From an uncultured cyanobacterium (GTDB taxonomy: Bacteria > Cyanobacteriota > Cyanobacteriia > Cyanobacteriales > Microcystaceae): 64,000 nucleotides of DNA. The notes under the pieces were generated by a model. That model was given only the letters and a program-made list of their open reading frames with translations, was not told the origin of the DNA and ran no database searches. This document shows, piece after piece, positions 21,715 through 33,398 of the stretch; position 1 is the first letter of the stretch; the number at the start of each line of letters is the position of its first letter. The translations under genes were made by a program, and so were the position numbers. The DNA is taken from contig CAWEDJ010000036.1 in the NCBI GenBank assembly GCA_963807635.1, positions 20,332 to 84,331 of the forward strand, given 5' to 3'.

Positions 21715-23240
21715 CAGCAATTCCAAATTCAGAATGTAGCTAAAGACAAAAAAAACTCAAGCTTTTTACTGGCAAGGGTTTTACCTTGAAGATTTCCAAG
21801 TAAGAAATTAAGAAGAATTGGAAGCAGCAGGAGAAAGGGGGTCATCAAGCATAAAATCTAAAAGATGATGCCAGCTTTCAAAGAGTAAATATTTGGTTAA
21901 AGAAAGAAAGTCTTGGAAGAATCCCTTACGAGTACAGCGTTGGACGCGAATCCTCTGGTAACGTTCATCAACCAAACCCAAAACCGTGTGGAAGAGAAAA
22001 GCCAGTAGATTGAGAGTGAGCAAAACGGAGGCAAGGTGTTGTTTTCCATGCCCAAAATTATGTTCTAAATGATAGCCCCGATTTTTGAGAATATTGTGAT
22101 TCTCATTCTCCGTGCGCCAACGAGTCCGTCCAGCACGACAGACATCAAGAACGACTTGAGGGGTGAGAAAATGGTTGGTAATCCAACTATTGTGATGGAG
22201 GAGTTGAGCATCGGATTCGCGGTAGACTTTTAGTTCACACCAGTTAACCAACAAAGCAGGCTGTTGCTCTCGCAGGGGGATTTGATTGAGATAACGACAT
22301 TGCCAAATCTCAAAATACTTCCCATTCCAGCGTCGGTGTTGAGTAGTTTTGAGTTCCCCGTTGGCTTCTAAATAGGCTAACCACTCATAAAGTGTGGGAT
22401 GAGAAGTCGGCAAACAGACGAAGATAAAGTTGAAGTCGTGGTCTAGACTATGCTGACAAGTCGGCTGACGACTGAACAAGTCATCCCCTAGTAGCGTTAT
22501 CTTCTGCCATGCAAACAAACTGGCATGATTACTTATCCAGCGTTTTGCCGCATTTTGCTCGCAATCCTGTTTTTCCGACCCGTCTTGAGGAGTGATAAAT
22601 TCAGGAGCTAAGGAGAAAACTGATTCATGGTCTGGGGAAACAATCACTGGTAATAATGCTTGATGAAAGTAGGTGACTTTTCCCTGTTTTGACGTTTTGG
22701 TTGAACAGCATGGACAATTGACTTTCCCTGAACTGTGATAATTTGTTCCATCCATCGCCACTAATAGATTTCCCCCCAATATCTCATAAGATTTTAGGAA
22801 TCCCATGTTTCTCAATGCTTGGTAAATCAACCCAAACAATGGGAATAGACTGCTCGCTGTTATCCCATCCACAATATTACGAATCTGCTCTACTGTCGGT
22901 ATTTTGTTTAGTCCAAACAAACTTTGAGCATTATCTCGCCCACAACGACTGTTGAGTTGACGTTGGTACTCTAAAAATGACTCATTTTGCGTAAAAAAGG
23001 CGGCAAATGCACCCAGTATCGCCTCTCTTAGACTATATTTCGTTGCGTTACTCGCTGAGCGCGGGTCATCTATTTTTGCGATAACCTCGTTTAAACACTC
23101 CATGATTCCATCAAAACTTAGGTCGGTTACTTTCATTTCACACTCTACAAAACCAGCAAAAGTTTCTCTTCTTGTTCATAGACCCCTAAATGCGAATACC
23201 ATTCTGTTTTTGTTTATACCATTTGAATTTGGAATTGCTG
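21715..23240 (-). mobile_element. Complete insertion sequence (1526 bp), ISNCY/ISAs1-like DDE type
   Basis: Perfect 17-bp TIR CAGCAATTCCAAATTCA; 9-bp target duplication GTCAATCAA at 21706-21714 and 23241-23249. Confidence 0.92.
21808..23136 (-). CDS. DDE transposase
   Basis: IDDPR, VAMDGT, KQDCEQNAAKRW, LLGDDLF, GRTRWRTENENHNILK, LEHNFGHG. Confidence 0.9.
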   Translation of the reverse strand: MKVTDLSFDGIMECLNEVIAKIDDPRSASNATKYSLREAILGAFAAFFTQNESFLEYQRQLNSRCGRDNAQSLFGLNKIPTVEQIRNIVDGITASSLFPLFGLIYQALRNMGFLKSYEILGGNLLVAMDGTNYHSSGKVNCPCCSTKTSKQGKVTYFHQALLPVIVSPDHESVFSLAPEFITPQDGSEKQDCEQNAAKRWISNHASLFAWQKITLLGDDLFSRQPTCQHSLDHDFNFIFVCLPTSHPTLYEWLAYLEANGELKTTQHRRWNGKYFEIWQCRYLNQIPLREQQPALLVNWCELKVYRESDAQLLHHNSWITNHFLTPQVVLDVCRAGRTRWRTENENHNILKNRGYHLEHNFGHGKQHLASVLLTLNLLAFLFHTVLGLVDERYQRIRVQRCTRKGFFQDFLSLTKYLLFESWHHLLDFMLDDPLSPAASNSS

Positions 23241-23250
23241 GTCAATCAAG

Positions 23251-23394
23251 CAGCAATTCTCAGTATGAGAATGATTCTCATGAGTTTATAGTTTTGCAAT
23301 ACCTGAAGCCCTTATTCTGTCGTTGACTTGTGAACTGTTTTAGTAACTCTGAGAGCCTTTTTATAGGACAAATGTTTTAAAATGAGAGTTGCTG
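23251..23394. mobile_element. MITE (144 bp) with ends related to the adjacent IS
   Basis: TIR CAGCAATTCTCA / TGAGAGTTGCTG (1 mismatch in 12); no target duplication seen. Confidence 0.7.
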
Positions 23395-23659
23395 CGTAGT
23401 GGCTTTGTGTGATCGTCTAAAAAAATAAACTGACAGCAGAATTTTTAATCAACTTATACAACTACAAATTTATAAATAATTGATAATATTTTATTTTTAT
23501 AGATGGTAAAAATTAGATTGTTTAAATTATAGCTAAATAGATAAAATTCAATCAGAAAGAGACTTGTAATCATAATGGTTCCAGTTTAAGCTATAATCTT
23601 CAACTACGCTTTTAAATCAGCGATAGTATCTATAAAATCATCTAAAGGAAAGGCTGAGC

Positions 23660-24346
23660 TTGAAATTATCCATTATTATTCCTTGTTATAACGAAAAATC
23701 GACTATTCGCGAAGTTATTGATGCAGTTCTCGCGGCTCCCTATGACGACAAAGAAATTATCATTGTCGATGATTGCTCCAAAGATGGAACGAAAGAAGTT
23801 CTATTGGAAGAAATAGAACCCTTAGTTCATCAAATTCTTTTTCATAAAGTTAATCAGGGGAAGGGAGCCGCCCTCAGAACAGGAATCCAAGCGGCAACGG
23901 GTGATATCGTCCTGATTCAAGATGCGGATTTGGAATACGATCCCCAGGAATATCCCAATTTAGTGGAACCTATTTTACGAAATAAAGCAGATGTGGTCTA
24001 TGGTTCCCGTTTTATGGGTTCCCAGCCCCACCGAGTCCTTTATTTTTGGCACAGTGTCGGTAACATGGTTTTGACGATTCTATCGAATATGTTTACTAAC
24101 TTGAACCTAACCGATATGGAAACTTGTTATAAGGTCTTTCGTCGCGAAATTATTCAAGGAATTTCTATTCAAGAAAATCGTTTTGGTTTTGAACCAGAGA
24201 TCACCGCTAAAATTGCAAAGTTAGAATGTCGAATTTTTGAAGTGGGGATTTCCTATTATGGACGTACCTACAAAGAAGGTAAAAAAATTGGCTGGAAAGA
24301 TGGAATTAGAGCTATTTACTGCATTATTAAATATAATTTATTTTAG
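23660..24346 (+). CDS. GT2 glycosyltransferase, polyprenol-phosphate sugar synthase (DPM1-like)
   Basis: [59 protein letters not shown]. Confidence 0.9.
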   Translation: MKLSIIIPCYNEKSTIREVIDAVLAAPYDDKEIIIVDDCSKDGTKEVLLEEIEPLVHQILFHKVNQGKGAALRTGIQAATGDIVLIQDADLEYDPQEYPNLVEPILRNKADVVYGSRFMGSQPHRVLYFWHSVGNMVLTILSNMFTNLNLTDMETCYKVFRREIIQGISIQENRFGFEPEITAKIAKLECRIFEVGISYYGRTYKEGKKIGWKDGIRAIYCIIKYNLF

Positions 24347-24411
24347 GAGTACGGTATGGGGATTTTAAAATTCGATATGCTATCTTCTTAGTAACTATAA
24401 TTTCTGACTTA

Positions 24412-27400
24412 ATGAACAAATTTATTATTATTGATCATTCGTTGTGTAACCTCCAAGGGCATCATCATGAATGTAGTATTTCCGTTGCAGAAGCCGCCGC
24501 AAGGAGCAGTTATCAACCTATTATTCTCGCTAATCGGGCATTATCGCGATCGCTGTTGTCAAGAGAAATTAGCATTATGCCAGTTTTTGATGTTGATTGG
24601 TTTAATAAACCGATTATCATAGAGAAAGAAAAATATAACAAAGAGAAGTCGGAAAATACAAAAAAGAAAACTTTTAAGGAATATATTAATTATCAACTCT
24701 ATCTTTGGAATTATAAATATCCTCGTTGGTCAATTTTCGGGGAAAAAGTTGAGGGCAGTACTAAGAGATCTAAGGAATGGTTAAAAAAAGATTGGCAATT
24801 ATTGCGCTCTATTCCCTTGAGTAATACCCTGTGGGGATTATTAAAAATTATTTGGGGATTAATCCGTTTTATTTTTGGATTAGGTTTAAAAGTAATCAGT
24901 AAAATTTTTAAAAAAGTAGGTAAACCTTCCCAAGTTTTGACTTCAAAAAATCAAAGTTTTACAGAAACTCTAGCAGAAATCTTACCCACTTTGAACTTAA
25001 CTCCAGACGATCAAATTTTAATTCATACTTTTGGAATAGAACAATTAGAAGAATTATATTATTTTTTAGAAAAAAGCGATCGCGACTTATTACCGACCTA
25101 TCATTTATTATTCAGAAGGGATACGGATGAGCCGTTAGTGATTAATGCCAAAGGAATGGGACTTAAATTTTGTTTACAAGCATTTTATGATCGTCAACTA
25201 TGGCCTAATAAAATTCGTTTTTATACGGATACGGAAGATTTAGTTAGAAAACATAATGCCCTTAGCCCTGTTCAAGTGACTCAGGTTCCCATTCCTTTTC
25301 GTCAAGAAAAATTAATTAATCAATCATCCCAAGATACAAAAGATTTTATCCATATTGTTTATTTAGGGGATGCTCGCTCTGAGAAAGGCTATCACTATTT
25401 ACCGAATTTAATAGAAACCCTGTGGCCAACTTATTTACAGACTAATAAGGTTAAATTTACCATTCAATCTAATTACAATATCGATGGGGGAGAAGTCGAA
25501 ATTCTAGCGGCAAAATTAGCTCTTTCCCAATATCCTGAAAGCAAGATTAAATTAATTGATCATCCTATGTCACCTGATGATTACTATCAGTTATTGGCTT
25601 CTGCGGATATTGTAATTTTGCCCTATAATCCCCAAAATTATCAACGAACTTCAGGGGTTTTAACGGAAGCCTTAGCCGCAGGAAAGCCTGTTGTTGTGCC
25701 TGATGGAAGTTGGTTAGCCCAACAAGTCGATGAATCAAGGGCCAGTATTTACCGTGATCCCCAGGATTTACCTCAGGCGGTTATTCGCTTACTAGAAAAT
25801 TTACCGACTTTTACCCAATCTGCCCAAGAGTTTAGTATTAATTGGCGATCGCGTCAATCCCCAGATTATTTTTTAGATTGTTTATTAAAACCTGTTAATT
25901 GGCCATCGGTTAAGTTACCTATCGAACAACCTAAATTAGTGCAATTGCCCCCTAGTGTTTTGTTGATATTATCGGCAAATTTAATCTTAGAAGGAGAAAA
26001 TTTAGAGAAACTAAATTATTTTTGTCGATGTGGTTATCGGGTTTATAGTATTTTTTATACCTCGGAAAAAGTCGTTAATATAAATTCTCTAAAACAAATA
26101 CTAGAAAGTTATAAGCTATACCAATTTTGGATTTTAACTGATCAAGATAAGCGGATTGATCCGAAGAATTTTACCTCTTCTGAATATCAGCAATATCTAG
26201 AAGATAGCTATTATCAACGTTCAACATTATTACGAGATTGGATCGATGCTAGTCGTTTACAAATTCCCATAGAATTAAAACAAACCCTTAACAATATTCA
26301 GATTAATTTAGTTTATATTGATTCCCTCGTTTACGGACAATATATTCAAAAACTAGACTTAAAGACAAAAACCGTTATTCTTGAAGTCTCACAACTCTAT
26401 TCCTACCATTACGCCCTACGCGATCGCCGAGAAGTTAATCCCCAGGAATTAAGCCAGGAAATTGAACAGTTAAAGCAATATCCCGTTTTAGTGACTGATT
26501 TTCAACACCTAGCAGAAAAATTAGAAGAGTTAACAGGGAATAGTCAGATTTATGGAATTAGTACTATTTCTAAATCAAAAACGGTTTTAAATTATTTAGC
26601 CCTAAATCAAGCTTGTCAAAACATTTTAGGTGACAAAACTTTAGCAATCGAAAGATTTAGCACTAGCCCTAAAATTGCCATTCTTTATCCTGGGGAGATA
26701 TCCAAGAACGCCAAAGCGGAGCTAGTCAGCGAACAGGTTTATTATTAGACTATTTACAAAATCAGGCTTTTGAAACTCGTGTATATACTATCGGTCAAAC
26801 CCAAAAAATATGGTCAAAAGGGGTTTATTACGAGTATTATAATTCCGATTTTGGGCAGACAGAATTAGTAAAAAATGTGTATCAAGATGCCTATTCTTCT
26901 TGGCGCGAAACCCTTAATCTAATGGGAGAAAATGTAGAGGATGGCTTATCTTCGCTTAATGAAAATTGGTTGCCGTGGATTTATTATCAATTTCGTTTCG
27001 ATCCTAGCTTTAAAAACTGGATTGAACGCATTACCGACTGGGCCGATGTAGTGATTTTGGAATATCCTTTTTGGGGAGAAATATTAGGTAGAATTTGCCC
27101 CCAGAAAAATGTTAAATTAATCCTCACCGCCCATGATGTCTTATCCAATAATTTAGATGAGGATTCTCTATTAAGAAAAATTGCTTTAACTGAAGAGATT
27201 AATGCCTTAAAAAAAGCGGATAATGTCGTTACTTTATCTGAAAACGATCAAGTCTTTTTTGAGAAATATAATATTAAAAGTCATTGTATTCCTATCGCGA
27301 TCAATACTGAAAAAATCAATTCTATTTGTCAAAAAAAATCTCTCCTACAAAATCCTCAAGAGATAGAAATTACGAACCGACTCAATTCAGACTTTTGTCT

Positions 27401-27893
27401 TTTCGTGGGTAGTCAACATAATCCTAATATTGAAGCCGTTAAACAAATTCGCCAGTGGTTAAATCCCACTAATCCTCTTGCTGGCAATTTTACAGGTAAG
27501 TTTGTCATTGTCGGAGGTTGTTGGCAAATCGAGGAAAAAGGAAACTTTATCTCTGTAGGGAAGGTCAGTGATGAACTGTTAAGCTATCTCTACCAACGTG
27601 CGGCCTTGGTAGTCTCTCCTTTGAGTTCGGGTACGGGAATGTCTGTCAAGATAATTGAGGCGATGGCCTATGGTAAAGTTATCCTGGGAACCAGTGTCGG
27701 CTTTAGGGGCTATCCTGTAGAGTCAGGGGTTAACTGTGTTGTCTGTGATAATTTAGAGGATTATCCTGAAAAAATTGATCAACTTCTTCAACAACCCGAA
27801 GTTTTAGATCGTATGGGCAAAAAAGCACAGGAATTCGCTCAAGGCTATGATTACCACTTATTATATAAAACATATTTAGATTTAATTTCATGA
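24412..27893 (+). CDS. Large multidomain GT4-type glycosyltransferase (~1160 aa); apparent frameshift near 26690
   Basis: YLGDARSEKGY and SGVLTEALAAGKPVV in part 1; GMSVKIIEAMAYGK in part 2; a shifted frame bridges the two ORFs (WGDIQERQSGASQRTGLLLDYL...). Confidence 0.75.
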
Positions 27894-30881
27894 AAGTATT
27901 CATTGCGGATTTTGATTTATTTGCAAAAGTTGGCGGAGGACAAACTTTTTATCGCAGTATTATTTTAAAAAATCCCCAGATTGATTTTTATTATTTAGTA
28001 GAACAGGAAAAACTTGAAACGAAGCGTCCTGCTAATGCTCATCCTGTCAGTTTTCAGGAAAAGTATTTTTTAGCAGATATTAATAGTTTTTTCGATGTAA
28101 ATCCTCCTAAATGGGTTTATCGTTCCTTTATTCGTGCCAATAATATTGCCAACGCAATCGCGGGAATGGAATTTGATGTGATTGATTCTCCCGACTATGA
28201 ACAATGGGGAATTTTTCTGCATTCAGCTTTAAATTATCACCAAGTTAAGTTTGGAAAAATTGCTCTTTCTTTGCATGGAAAAATTTCAACAACCTTGCAA
28301 TTAGATTGGTTTAATCAGGGTAACGAAAATATTCCTTTAGTATTGGAAGAAGCGAAACAATACGCAACGGTTGATTTACGTTATGGCATCAGTAAGAGTT
28401 ATATTGATGAATGGAAAAAAATTAGCCCTTTTGAGTGCCATTATTATCATCCTTTACACTTTTTTGATTTACCTAAGCCTGTTGCCGAAATCTCCAATGA
28501 ACAATCTCCTAACTTAAATTTTATTGGGCGTACTGAGCGGCGAAAAGGGCACAGATATTTTCATTGATTTAGTTTGGTGGTTAGCCGAATCTCATTATAA
28601 TCAAGCAAATATTATTGGCCCCCATAGTTTTAACGATAAGGCGACGGTTTCTTCCCAGAGTTTTTTAGAAGAAATGCTAAAAAATCGCAACAAGGGTATT
28701 CAATTATTGCCTCCGAAAACTCAAAAGGAATTGATGGCATTGTTCGCCACTCAATCAGTAACTTTTGTTCCCTCGCGCTATGACACTTTAAATCTGATTG
28801 CCCTAGAGTCCTTGTTTTCAGGATGTCCTACGGTTATTGGGAGTGGGGCGGGGGTTTGTCGATTATTGGAAGAAAGTTTTCCTGAGATTCCCTTTGTTAA
28901 AATCGATCTAGACAATATCTATGCTTGCTTGTCAGACATTGACGCAATTTTAACGAATTATTCTGATTATCGTAGTCAATTAGTCGATCGCGTCTTAGCG
29001 GTAAATCAAACTATCAGCGATCCTCCCTTAATTGAGATCTATCAAAGCTCATCGGCCCATGAATCCGAAGTTCGTCAGGAATTACAAAATTGGTATGATC
29101 AGTTAATGGGTTATTGGCGATCAACTCAAGAGGGAAAATCTTGGATACAACCGCTCAAAGCCCAATTAAAACCCAAAGCCAAGGAAATTCTCAAAAACCT
29201 CAAATCAAATCTTGGCCCCGTGAAGGATAAATTACTGGAACCCCTTCGGGATGAATATAATTCCCAGACATTAAAATCACCATTGTTACTTAAAAAATAC
29301 GCTAGGACTTTTAACGAACCTGAGCAAACATCAGAGGAAATTGAAGATAAGTTGGAAGACCTCTGGCGGATTGCTTCTAACTATAAATCTGAATTATTGG
29401 GAGTAAGGGGTAAGTTAGGCATCAATTATCGGATTGATCGCGTCCGACTCTGGCGAGAATTGGCACGAATTGAAGAATTACGGGGTAATGTGTTTGTGAC
29501 GGCGACCTATAAGGTGCGAGCTATGCGGGCCTTGGGAGAAGATCGTTTTGGCGATTTGCCCTTTGTTTTACGGACGCTACAGGAAACGGGGTTTACCAAG
29601 GAAGCCAAGGCGGTGGATGCCCTGTACGGAAAACCGAGTGAACGGGAAGAAAAAAGTTTCGCTCTCATTGAAGCGGCAAGGGTAGATAATCTGGTTAATC
29701 CCGCCGAGGATAAATACGAAATTTGGGACGATCGCCGAGGTAAATCAGAATATCGGGCAACCATTATTGTTTCTCTTTATAATGCGGCGACCAAATTACC
29801 CCTATTCCTCAAAACCCTGAAACACCAGACCCTTATTCAAAAAGGGGAAGCCGAAGTTATTTTGATGGATAGTGGCTCTCCAACGGATGAATATCAAGTT
29901 TTTCAAGCATTAGCTTCCGAATTAGATTATCCCATTCTGTATGCGCGATCGCCCCAACGGGAAACCATTCAAAGTGCCTGGAATCGGGGCATTAAATTAG
30001 CGCGATCGCCCTATTTGGCCTTTTTAGGGGTTGATGAAACGATTTTGCCCGATTGTTTGGAAGTTTTAGCCAAGGAACTGGATCAGGATCAAAACCTCGA
30101 TTGGGTGATTGGCCACAGCTTAGTCACTAATGTTGATCCCCAGGGTAGTTGGGCCAATGACATCATGACTTATGATCGCACGGGTTACGAACAGGATTTG
30201 GTCTATCTGGAAACCTGTTATCTTTCCTGGGTCGGAGCCTTGTACCGAAAATCGATCCATGATCGCTTTGGTTATTATGATCAGAGTTTTCGAGGGGCAG
30301 GGGATACGGAATTTAAAAATCGCGTCATGCCCTACATCAAAAGTAAAGCCGTTGACCGTACCCTGGGCTTATTTTGGAATTATCCCGATGAACGCACCAC
30401 CCAAAGCCCGTTGGCAGAAATCGAAGATATGCGAGCCTGGTATCTGCACCGTACTCTCGCGGGGGTAAAATATGCCTTTGGTCAGCGATCGCCTGAAGAA
30501 GTCGAGAATTTGCTCTATCATTGTCTGGGTTATCGTAAATCCTACTGTCGCCATACCAGCACGGATCTAGACCATGCCTACAATTTAGCCTTATATTTGC
30601 GATCGGTTTCCCCTGAATCCCCTGCTCTGAAGTATTTTGATGGCATTAATAGCCTCTTAAATTCCTATCGTGCGTTGGATTGGATGCCAAAACTTTCTCA
30701 ATTTACGCCGTTTTCCTTAATGTTAGAAACTCGTAAACTAACCCAAGCTGTTCAACAGGAACATCAGCAACTTTGGACAGGCGATCGCCTTCATGTTCCC
30801 CAATACAAAATTTTTAACGACAATCGCCACGAACAACACGCCTTTTTGTGGTTTACGGATATTTCAGCAACTAAAAAATAA
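27890..30881 (+). CDS. GT4 + GT2 bifunctional glycosyltransferase (~1000 aa); apparent frameshift near 28550
   Basis: VGGGQT, FIGRTERRKG, PSRYDTLNLIALESL (GT4); IIVSLYN, MDSGSP, AWNRGI, FLGVDE (GT2). Confidence 0.8.
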
Positions 30882-30884
30882 ATC

Positions 30885-32113
30885 ATGTTACAAAATCTCA
30901 AGGATCAAATTAAATTTAAACTGGCTAAAATTCTCACCCCTGAAGTTGATAAAAAACTAAAAGTTAATCAGAGAATATCTACTCTAGAGCAAGAGATTCT
31001 TGAATTGAAACAGAAGTTGATATCGGTTGACCAGAAAAACGACCAGAGAATGACTAATGTAATGTCCTTTGGGATCTCTCCTGGTATGAAGAAAATCTTT
31101 GGGAACCCACCGTACAAATTATTCTGAAAGATCTTTGTAAGTCGGGAGATATTGTTTTTGATGTGGGAGCCAATTTTGCTGGTTTAACAACCGTTATGTC
31201 ACGAATAGTTGGCCCTAGAGGTATTGTTTGTGCTTTTGAAGCTAGTCCTCGCATTATTGATAAAACTCAGCGAAATTTAGTATTAAGTGGCTGTAATAAC
31301 GTACAACTATTTCATAATGCTGTTTACCATACTTCTGGGAAAAAAGTTAAAATTTTTTTGGGGGATCATCTCAACGATAGTATTTATTCGGAATATGGAG
31401 AAGATTCTAGTTATGAGGTTAAAACCTTGGCTTTAGATGATTTTATTGCGGCTACTCAACTAATACCTAATCTGGTAAAAATGGATATTGAAGGTGCTGA
31501 ATTTGATGCCCTCAAAGGTTTTGTCAACACTTTAAAAACGGCTAAACCCCATTTAATTCTCGAAACTCAACGAGAAGATACTCGTTGTTTAGATTTTTTA
31601 CGAGATCTAGGTTATTCAGCGATCGATTTGAATACCTATCAGGAGATAACAGTGATAGATGATTATCCCCTCGGCGCAAATATTCGCAACAATCTTTATA
31701 TTCATCGCGATCGCCACCTAGACACTCCTTATCATTTGCCCTTTCATTTTCAAGAGTACAAAGTCTTGTCAGAGAAAGATTTTAATCAACAGGCTGATGG
31801 TTCAACCTTTTTAAACGAACCTTTAGTCTTAGAAGCAGGGCGTTATGTGATGGATGTTGATTTTACTGCTTTAGGAATCGATAATCAAATGATGTGCGGG
31901 GTCAAGAGCGAGGGAGTAATCATTTTTCAGTACCATGCTTATAGTCACCTATTAGCATCAAGCTACCGAGACTGGATTATTGATCTTTCGGAAACTTCTA
32001 GCATCACCATTTATTTTCAATTTCAAAATGGAACAAGGGACGATAGTTTTGTTATTAAAGGTGTACGCATTAATAAAATTACTAATATCCCGCTATCTAA
32101 TTTTTTGAATTAG
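30885..32113 (+). CDS. FkbM-family methyltransferase; apparent frameshift near 31081
   Basis: VFDVGAN, AFEASP, VKMDIEGAE; N-terminus nearly identical to the intact paralogue at 32208. Confidence 0.85.
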
Positions 32114-32207
32114 ATTTTGATTTATAGAATGTTTTTATAAAGACAATCACAACGAACAACACGCCTTCCTATGGCTTAAGGATCTTTCAGCAAATAAAAA
32201 ATAAATT

Positions 32208-33389
32208 ATGTTACAAAATCTCAAGGATCAAATTAAATTTAAACTGGCTAAAATTCTCACTCCCGAAGTTGATAAAAGACTAAAAATTGAAGAAAGATTA
32301 GGTATTGCTGACGAAAAAATTGCCAGTGTTGACCTCTACGGCATCGCTCCCTGGTATCAGGAAAATTTTTGGGAACCCCCCGTCCAAATCGCCCTACAAA
32401 ATCTCTGTAAACCTGGGGATATTGTCTTTGATGTAGGAGCAAATTTTGGTGGACTCAGTACCCTAATGTCCCGCGCCGTCGGGCCAAAAGGCGTGGTTTG
32501 TTCCTTTGAAGCCAGCCCCCGTATTATTAGTAAAACCCAACGTAATCTTGTTTTAAGTGGTTGTAGTAATGTGCAACTTTTCCACACGGCAGTCTATCAT
32601 ACCTCCAACCAAACCGTTAATATTTATCCTGGAGATCATCTCAATGACAGCATTTATGGTTCCTCAACCTACGGTGATCCCTACGAAATTCCGACTCTTG
32701 CCCTCGATGATTTTATTGAATATACTAAACTTGTGCCTAATTTATTGAAATTAGACATTGAAGAAGCGGAATTTGATGCGTTACAGGGCATGAAAAAAAC
32801 GCTTATAATTGCTAAACCCCATTTAATTTTAGAAACCCAACGAGAAGATACGAATTGTCTCAATTTTTTGCGGGATAATGGTTATATCGCGATCGATTTA
32901 AACGCCTACCGAGAAATAACCTCCATTGAAGATTATCCCCCAGGAGAAGGAGTCCGTAATAATCTTTATATTCACCGCGATCGCCTATCGGAAACTCCCT
33001 ATCAGCCCCCCTTTGAGTTTAAAGATTACGCCTTTTTATCCGAACAAGACTTTAGAAAAAATCCCGATAACTCAATTGTTTTAGATAAACCTCTGACATT
33101 AGAAAAGGGACGTTATTTAATTAATATTGATTTTACTGCCACAGGCAAAAACAATGATCTCAGATGTGGCGTAAAAGTTAAGAACAAAGTTATTTTTCGC
33201 TACAGTGCCTACAGTTCTTATCTAGCGTCCTGTTATCGAGATTGGGTAATTGATTTACCGAAGAAATCCGAGATCACGATCTACTTTGAATTTAAAAATA
33301 ATACTAGAGACGAAAGTTTACAGGTCAACGAAGCCAAGATTATTCAAGTCACTAACTTTAACCACTTCCCTCCTATTCTTTATATTTAA
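32208..33389 (+). CDS. FkbM-family methyltransferase, tandem paralogue
   Basis: VFDVGANFG, SFEASP, LKLDIEEAE plus a beta-rich C-terminal extension. Confidence 0.88.
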   Translation: MLQNLKDQIKFKLAKILTPEVDKRLKIEERLGIADEKIASVDLYGIAPWYQENFWEPPVQIALQNLCKPGDIVFDVGANFGGLSTLMSRAVGPKGVVCSFEASPRIISKTQRNLVLSGCSNVQLFHTAVYHTSNQTVNIYPGDHLNDSIYGSSTYGDPYEIPTLALDDFIEYTKLVPNLLKLDIEEAEFDALQGMKKTLIIAKPHLILETQREDTNCLNFLRDNGYIAIDLNAYREITSIEDYPPGEGVRNNLYIHRDRLSETPYQPPFEFKDYAFLSEQDFRKNPDNSIVLDKPLTLEKGRYLINIDFTATGKNNDLRCGVKVKNKVIFRYSAYSSYLASCYRDWVIDLPKKSEITIYFEFKNNTRDESLQVNEAKIIQVTNFNHFPPILYI

Positions 33390-33398
33390 TTTAATTCC

